Origin: Calcarisporiella thermophila CBS 279.70
Taxonomy: Eukaryota; Fungi; Calcarisporiellomycota
Assembly: GCF_041956535.1 (NCBI RefSeq)
Contig: NW_027192192.1
Span: 333,247-397,246 of the forward strand
Length of the DNA stretch: 64,000 nucleotides
Direction: 5' to 3'
Each line of letters begins with the position of its first letter. Positions within the stretch are counted from its first letter, which is position 1. This document shows positions 53,289 through 64,000 of the stretch, piece after piece. A model generated the notes under the pieces. It was not told the DNA's origin, made no database searches, and worked only from the letters and a program-made list of their open reading frames with translations. The position numbers and the translations under genes were made by a program.

Positions 53289-54520
53289 TCATCTCTTTGC
53301 GGGGGCGATTCCAATTTGTAGCCGACCAGCATCAAATACACAATAGTTGTTCTTAATAAATACGGCTCCCAGCAGCCATGGACCTGATATGCTTGCAATA
53401 ATAGCCGAAAAACACATCCCCTTGTTGCTTTTCATCGGCTCTCTTATCAGATCGACCAGCGGGATATTGAAAAACTTTCCGCCAATGCGAAAGCCTAGTT
53501 CCATCTTGGGGAAACGGCTGGCTGACTCGCATGGTATAATCCATCCCCAGTTTGGATCATTTCTAGAGCCAGGGATTTGCCCATGAACTTTGTTTGCGAC
53601 ATCGCTTGGTAAAATTAAAATAGTGGAGCCTGTATCGACAATAGCCGGACCAGCTGCCTTGATAAATTTACCGTTCATAATGACTCCGTCAGTAAAAACG
53701 GACCAGTAACGTTGCTCTACTACTGGAGACCATGTTAGATTGCCTTTGTAATGAGCGGGATTGGTGCCACCAAATGTGATCTCTCCATCGCCGCCTTCAG
53801 ATCTTTTTCCCAGCCAGACAGAAAAGATTGGCTTTGACAGTAGATTCTGCGCGATCATATTGTGGAATAAGGGGGGGCTCTGCATCCGCGAAACTGATTG
53901 AAACGACAAGCCAACCATACCATCGATTACATCTTCCTTGAAATCTTCGCTGGTGGATATTGCAAGTCCCATCCTCTGATTTTTCACTACTAAACCCCCA
54001 ATATTCACATTATCACAAGCCTGATAACCACTTACATAAGAGCCGTCGACATAGGCCATACTCCACTTTTTATTCAGGGGTTTGTAAGTGCGTGAGCTCG
54101 AATAGTTGAAGCGCGAATGAGCCAGACATTCAGGAGTTTTGCAATCAACAGAATATATCCAAAAGTCTGCTGAGCCAGTGTCTATGTTGAGCTTGAATTT
54201 TTGTCCTGGAGTACCTACTTCCAGCACGACATAATATTCAACATCGAAATCAACGTTCACCAAAGGTAATGATACATTGGACATAAGGGCGAGACGTAAG
54301 TTGGAATGAGCTCCCATACGATGTGCCGCTATTAAAGCTTTCTGGAGCATAGAAACCGGCTTTTCGTCTTTGAGCACCAAAGGTAGGCTAGACGCGAGGA
54401 AACATTATAAATTTCACTGATATGACAGTGGGATAGGGTAGCCTACCTTAAGCCATCATTTGCGGTCATCCCAAAGCTAAGGGATAACAGCCAGATACAT
54501 GCTGCAGCTATAGACTTCAT
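53289..54520 (-). CDS. Secreted pepsin-family aspartic protease (rhizopuspepsin-like), 2 exons
   Basis: Signal peptide MKSIAAACIWLLSLSFG, two catalytic DTGS motifs, VGTPGQKF and DGMVGL. Confidence 0.93.
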
Positions 54521-55206
54521 ATCTCCTCTTACTATTGATATAAATGTACCGTGCACAAATTCTAAGCGGAAGTATGGATATACTTGGCCAACAAAGGATG
54601 TAAATGCGCAATTAAGAAAATGGACTAAGATGAAATATTAATATAGTTTGGAGAGAGTAAAAGAAAGAGAAAGCATATGTTTGTATCAAAATAATGAATA
54701 TTCCGATCGAGATCCAAAGATCGTTTCGTAAATTGACGGGGGGTTGTTATGACTAAATATTCCTTCTAGGGGGGATATTACCACGGTTAGCACAAGTTTG
54801 TGATTTGAAAAACCCTGGATCAGTTTAATCTTTCTAAGAAAAATGAAATAAACATAGTAAAGTGTCAATTGCTTACAAGCAAATAGCTGCTTTTCCCCTG
54901 TAAACTTTTTATAATAGTCCAAACTTAAAAAATATGACTGTTTGTTTGTTTGCCACCAAATCGAAAATTCATGGCTGAAGGGCGGTATTAACATAATGAT
55001 CAGAGGATCCCTGAAAGTTAGAAAGTCCCTGAGATATATTTATTTTAAAATCTCCAAAATGTCCACCAATATATTATTATTACATTAGAGCATCTAGCTA
55101 GCAGACCACATTTTTTGTCAAAGTTTATATTGTCGCTTATATACCCACTAAACCATATGCATATAACAAAGATTTATAATTTTCAAATAGACTATTCACT
55201 ATCTTA

Positions 55207-56815
55207 CAAGTAGGGAAAAATGTGACAGCGTGTTTTAACAATTTTCCTTTGAATGCTCATATCTCCTGAATGGATGGAATATTATACAAGCGGCTTTATT
55301 ATTAAACACTGTTGGATCTATACTATGTGCTGTTCCAACCGCTACCCCGGTTATAAATGCATTTTCTAAAAAACCATGGGTATTTTATATAGATGCTCGG
55401 GAAAAATGGCCTTCATGTTAAAATTGAAGGCATATTTATTATCGTTATTTAACAAAAATATTTTAATACTTCGTATATCCTCCTCTAGCTTTAAAAATAG
55501 CTCGGGATCTCCTCAACATACTCTCGTATAGGTTATCAATATAAGTCTTTTCTATATTCTCCCACGTGTATTTGATTCATCCCCAGAGCTTTTCCCTATC
55601 CTTTGGCCGAGAAGGATAATCTTGAAGCCTCCTCTTCAAGAGGCCACACGCGTTCTCTATGGGATTCAAAGCTGGTGATTGAGCAGGCCATTCTAAGACC
55701 CTTATATTGCGATCTCGCAGCCACGCTTGAGTTGACTTGGCGATATGGGGGGGGGGGCGTTATCAGGTTGGAATACGATCTTGTCCTTGTCCATCCCGTA
55801 CCGTTCGAGTGTTCCAAGAAAACCCTCATCTAAAATGGTCTGGTACATCCTAGCATTTATTCCGCCTTCCACGCGAAGTAGAAATCCCACTCCTTGCGAA
55901 GTAATGCAGACCCACACCATGATTTCCTCTTTTCCCTGTTTCGTGGTTGAAATAATATTGCACTCACGCAGAGGCTGCCCCTTCCTTACATATGTGTATT
56001 CCTTTCCCGTGGTCTGTAAACAGGGTACAATGGTTTCATCCGAGAATATTATGGTTTGAATGGTCCGAAAACCCCATCTAACAAGTTGAGATGTGAATTT
56101 GAATCGAGCTTTAAATGGCGCGGGAGCAGCAAAGGCTTTGATCGAGGCTTTACTTCGTGACGTCTGAGCATCATTTTTACAGTTTTGTTTGTTACGCTCT
56201 TATTGAGCTCTTCTTTGATAACTTGCTGCAAGTCAACAAGCTTAGAACACTCTCCGGTTGACGCCTTCTTAGCGCTATATTTCTTATCTGATTCACTTAG
56301 ACTACGTGGACGACCATATTTTGGCTTCATAGGAGGATATTTCGGGGTGTTCCATTCCTTGATGATCTTTCTAGCAATTTCACGGCTTATTTCCACTCGT
56401 GCTGCAATCTTACGTGTGGACTCTCCCTTTCTTGAAAGTTCAAGCACACGTTCTCGAATCTTTTTACGAGTTGGCTTCATAGGTGTAAGACATTGTTAAA
56501 AGATAAAAGCATCACCGTTACAAATAAAAAATATTTAGATGGAATGGTGGAGAAAATATAAAAGTATTTGGGTATCTTTGGCGCACATCTATATTTATAA
56601 AGATATCAATTTCCCATAAATTCGGGGTGCTATTCAATGATATCCTAGTTTTACCAAAGATGCATTTATAACCGGAGTAGCGGTTGGGACAGCGCATAGT
56701 GTAGATCCAACAGTGTTTAATAATAAAGCCGCTTGTATAATATTCCATCCATTCAGGAGATATGAGCATTCAAAGGAAAATTGTTAAAGCACACTATCAC
56801 ATTTTTCCCTAGTTG
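55207..56815 (-). mobile_element. Tc1/mariner DNA transposon, 1609 bp, with 156-bp TIRs and TA target duplication
   Basis: TIRs at 55207-55362 and 56660-56815 (8 mismatches). TA at 55205-55206 and 56816-56817. Confidence 0.95.
55470..56480 (-). pseudogene. Frameshifted Tc1-family DDE transposase
   Basis: N-terminal HTH plus GRPRSLS. IIFSDET, MVWVCIT, VFQPDNAP and WPAQSPALNPIEN are spread over several frames. Confidence 0.9.
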
Positions 56816-57750
56816 TAGTTATCAGGATGAAAGATGCCGATGCCAGTAATTGGAGCAGAGGATATTTAAAATGTGGGAGAGATTTTGAGGATTGACCGCG
56901 TTGCTGTTTATATATGATCTCGTGCACATATTAATTCCCTTGCCCTTTGCCAAGTTTGTTTAATCAAGCCAACCAACAGGATCAAAGGTAGATATTCGAT
57001 GGCCAGAGTTGATCTTTTGAGTATTTCCTTATATTTTCTTTTCAGTCCTCTCATCTGCCTTTATCGGAGCTAATAAAATACCGCATGTTTAGCTGCTTTA
57101 TAAGCACGATTAGATCAAAAATGGTAAGTGCATGGTGCGCATGCCCACGGTAACGCTTGCAGTAATATCTGGTTTTTATATCTCATGGACACTCTTGAAA
57201 ACGTGTTCTCTTGTATGCAAAAAAAAAGTAATATCTGGTTTGAGGGAGATTTGTAATATACTGTGGCTAATATAGGCTTGAGGAAATGGTTGCTGGGATT
57301 GCTGGATTTAAAGTGATGCGGTCTCGATGACCCTCTATTTAGACAACAAACATCATCATACACTATTTGACTAATAATCAAAATTGTCTGCCGCAGTAGG
57401 AAACCATTGGGATTTTTTTCCATTTCAATTCTTTTCCAAAACTGATAGCACGCTCGAAAAGAGAATGTATATACCTCATAGGTGAAGTATATTCTTTTCG
57501 ATTTATGTATTGAAACCATATATGAAATATCCTGGTTACTAATTGTAATCCAATAATATATCCATTCACCTTTAGATATATTTTTTTTATGACCCAAGCA
57601 TATTTGTGAATTAAATACCGATAGATTATAATTTGACAGAATTTCATTAAGCCACGATTATTTTCGGTAATTTTTATTTTCCACGCTGATTCACACACTC
57701 ATTTTCACGAGAAAACAAATATCTCTCTTTCTAATAATTTGAGAACCAAC

Positions 57751-59734
57751 ATGAGCAAAGGTATAACATGATAAATGGTCTTTAACATGCCGTTATATTC
57801 ATTCTTCGATGACCTTTTAGAAACAAAGCAAGCGCCGAAACATTTAATGAATGACCCCAACACGGTATTTATAGACGTTATTTGTGGTCATTATCTTCGT
57901 TATCACGCTCTAATTCTCTCTCTTCATTTTACAGATCGTGGTTGAATCCCTCCGGGGTCTCTGTTATTCGAACGCGCATCTTCGCCTCCTTGAAAAAGAA
58001 AAAGGTAGAATGTTCTACAATATTTCGTTTTATTCGTAAAATTATTTTAAAAGACTTAAAATACCGCTAGTGATTTATCGCGCCGATCTGGAGAATATCA
58101 TTGAAAACCAAGTAACTATTGTATGTGGTGGAGGAGCTGGGCATGAACCTTCGCATGCTGGCCTTGTTGGCCCTGGTCTTCTATCTGCTGCTGTCTCAGG
58201 ACAAGTATTTGCTAGCCCTTCTACAAAACAAATCAATGCTGCACTCCGAAAGTGTCGTTCACCGCATGGGACACTACTGGTTGTGAAGAATTACACAGGA
58301 GATAGGTTACATTTTGGGCTGGCGGCAGAGCGTGCTCGTGCTGAAGGTGCTCGAGTGGAAACTGTTGTAGTTGCTGAAGACGTGGCCGTTGGAAGGGAAA
58401 AGGGGGGGCTGGTTGGAAGAAGAGGTTTGGCAGGAACCGTGCTGGTGCATAAAGTGGCCGGTGCGTTGGCTTCACGGGGAGCAGCGTTAGAGGAGGTGCA
58501 CAGAATTGCAAAATGGGTAGCAGAAAACATCGCAACCATGGGTGTGGCTCTTGAAAAATGCCACGTTCCCGGAAGTTCGACTGAAGAAAAGCTGGGTGCT
58601 GGGAATATTGAATTAGGGATGGGCATTCATGGAGAACCTGGGATGCTTACCACGAAGCTTATTCCTATTCGCGATCTGGCGCGCCGGATGCTTGATACCA
58701 TCCTTTCAACTGACCCGGACCGAAATTTCTTACCAATGCAACGTGGTGAGGAGTGTTGTTTGCTGGTGAATAATTTAGGTGGAACGAGCAATCTTGAATT
58801 GGGGGTCGCGGTGAAGGAAGCAGTAGAGTATCTGAACGAACTTGGCATGGCACCACTTCGAGTATTCTCAGGAACCTATATGACCTCTCTCGGTATGCCC
58901 GGGGTATCCTTCACGCTTCTACGCCTGCCACGTGAGAGCAATCCTGATAAGAACCTTGTCTTGTCGTTGTTGGATGACCCTGCAGCCGCTCCCGGATGGA
59001 TAAATCCCGTGACGTTCCCCTCAGTCAAGGGTGCAGGAGCTGATTGGCAAGGCAAAGAGGAATTGGCAGGAGCTTCAAACAATACCTTTAATTCGGTGCC
59101 AGTGGACCCAGAGCTTTTCTCTGCTGCTCTACGCAGTGGATGTACTTCCCTCATTGATGCCGAGCCCGAGATAACACGATATGATTCTGTTGCTGGTGAT
59201 GGCGATTGTGGAATTACACTGCGGAATGGCGCAAAAGTAGTTTTGGACGCACTGGACTCGGGAAAACTTCCTATAACAGATGCTGCAGGAACTTTGATGT
59301 TTATCTCTGATTTGTTGGAAGAGAGTATGGGTGGAACTTCTGGAGCCCTCTATTGCATTTTCCTAAATTCACTGGCGTCGAATTTGCGAAACTTTTCATC
59401 GGATGCGAATGATACTAAGAGAGTAGATAATGAGGTATGGACTAAGGCGATCAAAGGTGCGCTTGATGGGCTGGGTGCCTATACACCTGCACGCAAAGGG
59501 GACCGAACGCTCATGGATGCCTTGATACCATTTGTTGAGGCACTTCAGGAAGGGGGGCTGGAGCGTGCCGTACTAGCTGCCGAGTCCGGAGCGAAAGCGA
59601 CGCAGAAAATGTCGGCCCGTTTTGGAAGAGCGAGCTACGTGGGGGAAGGGCGCGAGAATGCCGTCCCTGATGCAGGAGCATGTGGAGTTGCGTGTCTGCT
59701 GCGCGGAATATCTCGTACACTTTCTAATCAATAA
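57751..59734 (+). CDS. DAK1: Dihydroxyacetone kinase (Dak1 + Dak2 domains), 4 exons
   Basis: GGGAGHEP, VKNYTGDRLHFG, GRRGLAG, GMGIHGEPG, GDGDCG, MGGTSG and GRASYV. Confidence 0.96.
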
Positions 59735-59884
59735 TTTATTTTGTTAGTTTAGAGTCACTATCATTGATGGTAATAAAAAAATCAATATTCGGCATTTTTT
59801 GGAAAACAGTGAAAAACTATCTATCGTAGGCCCAAACCAACCAAGGTGCAACTTAAACAAGATACAGTACAGCTACATACTTGT

Positions 59885-61459
59885 CTATTTGGACGAGGCC
59901 ATTCGTGAGAAGTTAAATGAGAGCTTGTCAAAAGCCTTGTTTGACAAACTACTTCGGGTGTCCCCTGGTTTCAGTCTCTTCAGCAAACCAGAATGAGCTG
60001 CTATTTCTACCTGCGGGTGTATCACAGGTGAAGAGTCATGGGAAACGACAGTAGACAACTTGGAAGGGGTGGATTCAAAATCTGAGTTCTGGGGATATTT
60101 CGAATTAGTTCGGCTTCTTTGATCCATTGCTCTTGATGAAAGATTATAAGAATCCTGGGTTGAGGCGCATTTCATCTGATATTCATCCAAACAACGCATG
60201 ATCGTGGCTATCCACTGCTTTCTAGCTGTTACTGACTTACATTGGAAGTAGTGAATCTTGTTGGCAGGCCCTCTTGTCTTGATATGAAAATTGTGCATAT
60301 TCATATCCTCTACTCCAATTTTGCAACCGCGTAAATCGATATGCAAACTTGAATTGATATCGCAAGGTGATTTCATATAGTAGAAATCTATTCCACGGAG
60401 AACACACCAGCGTTGGTTCCACACCTTGTAGTGATCACCCTGCTTGTGCAGCCAGCCCTGATGTTCTATGAAGAGTGATGTAAAAGTTTTGCAATTGCGG
60501 GGGGGGTGGGAAGCGATCTTACTAACTCTCCGAAAAAGGGTAGAAAAAGAAGAAAGCTGTGGATGATGCGAACGTGAAGAGTGGTCATTGGTAGGGATCT
60601 TGATACTATTGATGAGAGCGTGTTTTGATTGCTTTTGTACGTTTACTATGGATTGATCTTTGCAGTCCGTCCATTTATTCAAAACATTTTTCTGGGGCCA
60701 TGCATCAGTCAGCCCTACTCTCTCGGCCCTTTCTGTTTGAGATTTAAAAACCTCCCTGTCTGAGGATGAAGTTAAAACTACTGCTGGAAGGAGTGGCTGC
60801 CTTGGATTATCAATAACTGCTGCTGATATACTTGTAGCTGCTCTTAACATAGACGATGAGTTCGAGTTGTGTGTAGACTCTATTTGCAGAATCCTGACCG
60901 CAGCCATTGTTTTGAAGCGTCTACCATATATGTCGAGGCCCAGTTCTTTAAGTTGTTCCATCGTATGGATAGAGAGTAAGATATCTCCAGTAATTTCGTG
61001 ATATTCAAAGCTGCTCGCCGTGTCGTCTAGGTGCAGATAGCGAAAGAATTTTGAGACCTGATCAATACTCCAACTTTCAACTGATGTGAATTTCAAATCC
61101 TCCCGCTTCAATGTAGCGCGCACTTTTCGGGTTAAGATACTATACATAGCGTTGGTACCTGGATAGCTGCCGTCAATATCTTCAAGGTAGTGTGACCAAT
61201 TTTGGAAACTCCTCGATAATTGAATAGAGCTCGCAATCTTTGGATGGGAATTTAGTCCCGGACATTGCGTAGTCTTTGGCGATTGCAAAAGTGTATGGTT
61301 GGCAGGAAATAGGCCAACATGACCCTGACAAGTTCTTCCATGCCACCATCCGTCTCCGAAATGCTCGTCTCGTTCTAATACTTCAATGATATCACCTTGG
61401 TGAAATGAAATCTCATCAGCATTATCAGCGATGTAGGAATACTGAGCATACACTTTCAT
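59885..61459 (-). CDS. Boi1/Pob1-like SH3-SAM-PH polarity adaptor, intronless
   Basis: SH3 (DEISFHQGD..DGWW..GLFPANH), SAM (WSIDQV..HEITGDILL) and PH (HQGWLHKQGDHYKVWNQRWCVL..W). Confidence 0.85.
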   Translation of the reverse strand: MKVYAQYSYIADNADEISFHQGDIIEVLERDEHFGDGWWHGRTCQGHVGLFPANHTLLQSPKTTQCPGLNSHPKIASSIQLSRSFQNWSHYLEDIDGSYPGTNAMYSILTRKVRATLKREDLKFTSVESWSIDQVSKFFRYLHLDDTASSFEYHEITGDILLSIHTMEQLKELGLDIYGRRFKTMAAVRILQIESTHNSNSSSMLRAATSISAAVIDNPRQPLLPAVVLTSSSDREVFKSQTERAERVGLTDAWPQKNVLNKWTDCKDQSIVNVQKQSKHALINSIKIPTNDHSSRSHHPQLSSFSTLFRRVSKIASHPPRNCKTFTSLFIEHQGWLHKQGDHYKVWNQRWCVLRGIDFYYMKSPCDINSSLHIDLRGCKIGVEDMNMHNFHIKTRGPANKIHYFQCKSVTARKQWIATIMRCLDEYQMKCASTQDSYNLSSRAMDQRSRTNSKYPQNSDFESTPSKLSTVVSHDSSPVIHPQVEIAAHSGLLKRLKPGDTRSSLSNKAFDKLSFNFSRMASSK

Positions 61460-62762
61460 AGAGAGATAGTATGATTTTATTGTGGGTGTACTCTTGCATC
61501 AGCACTCAATAGTACTATATAATACGAGACCAAGTGAGTTGGCTTCTCGCTATTTTTTTTTTCGTGTCAATTTTCAATATAGTACAATCAACCCCCAGGC
61601 CATAATTGGCAAGTGTTCGAAACACGCTTTAATCATTTCCTGGTCCCAGCGAATGTTCGTTTAGCTCCCAAATCATTATTGATTTTCTAGATTTCCTAAA
61701 GTTTAAATAAAAGCTTCTCATACTTGCTCGGACTCTCCGCAAAGCTCCTAATATTAATTATGGACCAGAAATACCAGGGGCCGTGCACAAGGCTACAACC
61801 GGGTTGTAGATTTCACATTAAAGACAGCAATTGCTATCAGTCAAAATATGCATCGTTAGATATAATCATACAATAAGGACAATAGAAGAACACATCACCG
61901 AGCGCCCATCCCAGGGGGATGGAGTGGCGTTATGAAAGGACTCCCTTTGTAAACACGATAGTTAAAGCCATTTTTCTACCCCTTCCATGAGAATGGTAAT
62001 AGTGTGGTTACCAAAGGTGGGAAAATTGAAACTCTACGAATAGTGGATGTAAAAAGCCTAGTCTTCAACCTATATTTTGAGGGCATTCATAGTAATGGAG
62101 GCCATTAAGATTGACAGTAGCATATATAATGAAAATGTTGATCTATTGGCATTTCTCAATGGATAGCATATGATTGCCGGGAGAATTAGTAAGTTCCTCT
62201 ACTGTGAGAGACGCGCTTCTCTAATTAGTAGTATCTAGATTGATTGCCCTATATATAAAATTACCTATAAAGACTCCTAGACCTGCCTGATTTGGCTCTT
62301 GATTCCTTGTACCTCTCATGATCACAACCGATTTCTGGTTCTAATATTTTTACTCGACCCTTTACTCTTCAGGAGTAAATTATCGATTTTATTTTTGCGA
62401 TCGAACACTAGACAGACACTGCATCAGGCATAGCGTGCTAAGCAGGTGCACCAATAAGTTCAGTTGATAAAAGATTTTTCTCCAAGCCAACGATGAATGT
62501 CTTATATTGCGCTCCATTGTAAATTGTGTTGAATGTAGTGTTGAGAAAATAGCTTGTGAAAAGAGAAGAGGCATCTATAGGATAGTGCACACTAGTGCAT
62601 AGTGGGATTCGTTCGTGCAGCTTTCGATTTTAATTTTTAACAAGCGATGTTATTGAAAAATATCTTGTTAAAATAAAAAAGAGGGTAGCTTCTATGTCAA
62701 ATGTACCCGGGCAATGCCCCTGATCTAAATTAATGAAAGAGAAAGTGAAAAATTAAAAAAAG

Positions 62763-64000
62763 TTTTTTTTTGAGATTAATGGATCTTTATTGAAAAGTAT
62801 TCTTTTAAGTTAATATAGTGACTTGTCAGTCCTCAGAAACAAGAAATACATGTAAGCAATGGTTGAGCGTGTGAATACCATCCTATTTTTCAAGGACGGT
62901 ATTATACAAGAGAGGAAAAGAATATAAACAAAAACAAAAAAAAAGGAAAAATTGGAATGCGGGTGGTATGGTATTCGGCAAGGTCGTATTGGAGCTAAGT
63001 GTTTTGGTTGAAGGATATTTCGTCTCCTTGGACTTGTATCCAACTACCCTTACACCAAAGCTCTTGGAAATCTTCTTTCTTATCCTTTATGGACGCTGAC
63101 CACCATTTGGATCTCACGATTTTTTGCATTTCGTGACCTAGTTGTTCAGCGAGCGCTATTTTGCTTGGTTGGGCGTTATCCATTATTATCGATAATCTTG
63201 ATCGATAGATGATCCAAATTGCTGCCTCATGGACCGTTGACACTACTTCCCGTTGGTAGCCCATGGTTTTGTAGTCTGTTCCAAATAGTCTGTCTTCCTT
63301 GGTTGACTCGTGGGCTCTCACTCCAAGAATGCGGCATACGAAGTTGTCTACCGTTTGCCATAACTGATTTATGGCCGGGCATTCCAGGTAGGCATGGCTA
63401 ATGGTTTCCACTGCGTTGGTTCTGCATCGCTTGCAAATATTAGGTTCTCCTGACCACTTACTAGTGATGATGTTTGTCACCAATCTGTGTTTCAAGAGTC
63501 TCCACCTTAGTGTCCTATGGTTGGGTTCGCTCGGCCGCTTTTTCCAGTACATCCAAGCTACCTCCCAACTGATGGAATCGCTTGAGGTCTCTTTCTATTC
63601 CGGAGTGATATTCTCTCCTTTGCTTGTCTTGTAGAGCCTCCCGATTTTTGTACGGAAGTTCTTGATCTTTGTGCCAGCTAGCACACATTTACCCAGCGGG
63701 AACGTGCATGGTCCTTCAATCTGTGGTATACCCTGTAACAGGGCATCAGCCAGTTGTGGGTTCAGTTGGATCTCTCGTTTCCTCCAGTGCCACTGAAGAA
63801 CTATGTAGCTGTCTCTAAATCGGCTGGAATATTGGTCGGAATTTCTCGCCACGTATTCATGGACTTCTGGTTCTACCATCGGTTTGTATGTATTAGTCCT
63901 TCGGTTGAGTTTAAAGAAGTCACCTAGTTTGACCAGTCCTACACTTTCGCCCTTCGAGTTTAAAGGACATCCACCCATTGTGAGATATGAGTTGTTGTTT
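62763..64000 (-). mobile_element. 3' end of an L1/Tx1-clade non-LTR retrotransposon (ORF2 C-terminus with zf-RVT, 3'UTR, poly(A))
   Basis: LRWRLL..CKRC...ETISHAYLECP zinc finger. ORF2 ends at 62995 and has an in-frame TAG at 63595-63597. AATAAA and an A9 tail at 62763-62771. Confidence 0.9.

Noticed and set aside
57115-57698. 160-aa and 106-aa minus-strand ORFs upstream of DAK1
   Set aside because: AT-rich composition typical of spurious ORFs, lying in the DAK1 promoter region.
61794-62730. Short hairpins (CTACAACC/GGTTGTAG, GGGC-AAT-GCCC) as Helitron ends
   Set aside because: No correctly spaced CTRR terminus and no second copy in the window.

Overview
Gene-dense eukaryotic DNA with short (about 50-90 nt) introns. 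The gene content (ERG6, UBP12, MTA1/AMT1-type MT-A70, roadblock, dynactin p27, RAD51D, a rhizopuspepsin-like protease) points to an early-diverging fungus, probably Mucoromycota; this is an inference. The window holds about 32 protein genes, two tRNA genes (Leu-CAA and intron-containing Ile-UAU), a decayed Tc1/mariner element with 156-bp TIRs, and the 3' end of an L1/Tx1-like LINE. The most striking structure is at 2106-2810. Two retroposons are stacked at one triplicated 16-bp target about 65 bp upstream of tRNA-Leu, both with 5' ends facing the tRNA. One is a tRNA-derived SINE whose head folds as an anticodon-less cloverleaf ending in ACCA. The other is an internally inverted fragment related to the LINE 3'UTR at 62.8 kb. 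Together they suggest a tRNA-gene-targeting LINE/SINE system reminiscent of Dictyostelium TRE5. Other highlights are periodic ZRE-like motifs upstream of a ZIP gene paired with a CDF gene, an MTA1-clade 6mA methyltransferase, a sharp GC-rich island at about 30.5-35.6 kb, and a GC-AG intron plus 6-nt microexon in dynactin p27. All exon structures were inferred by eye.
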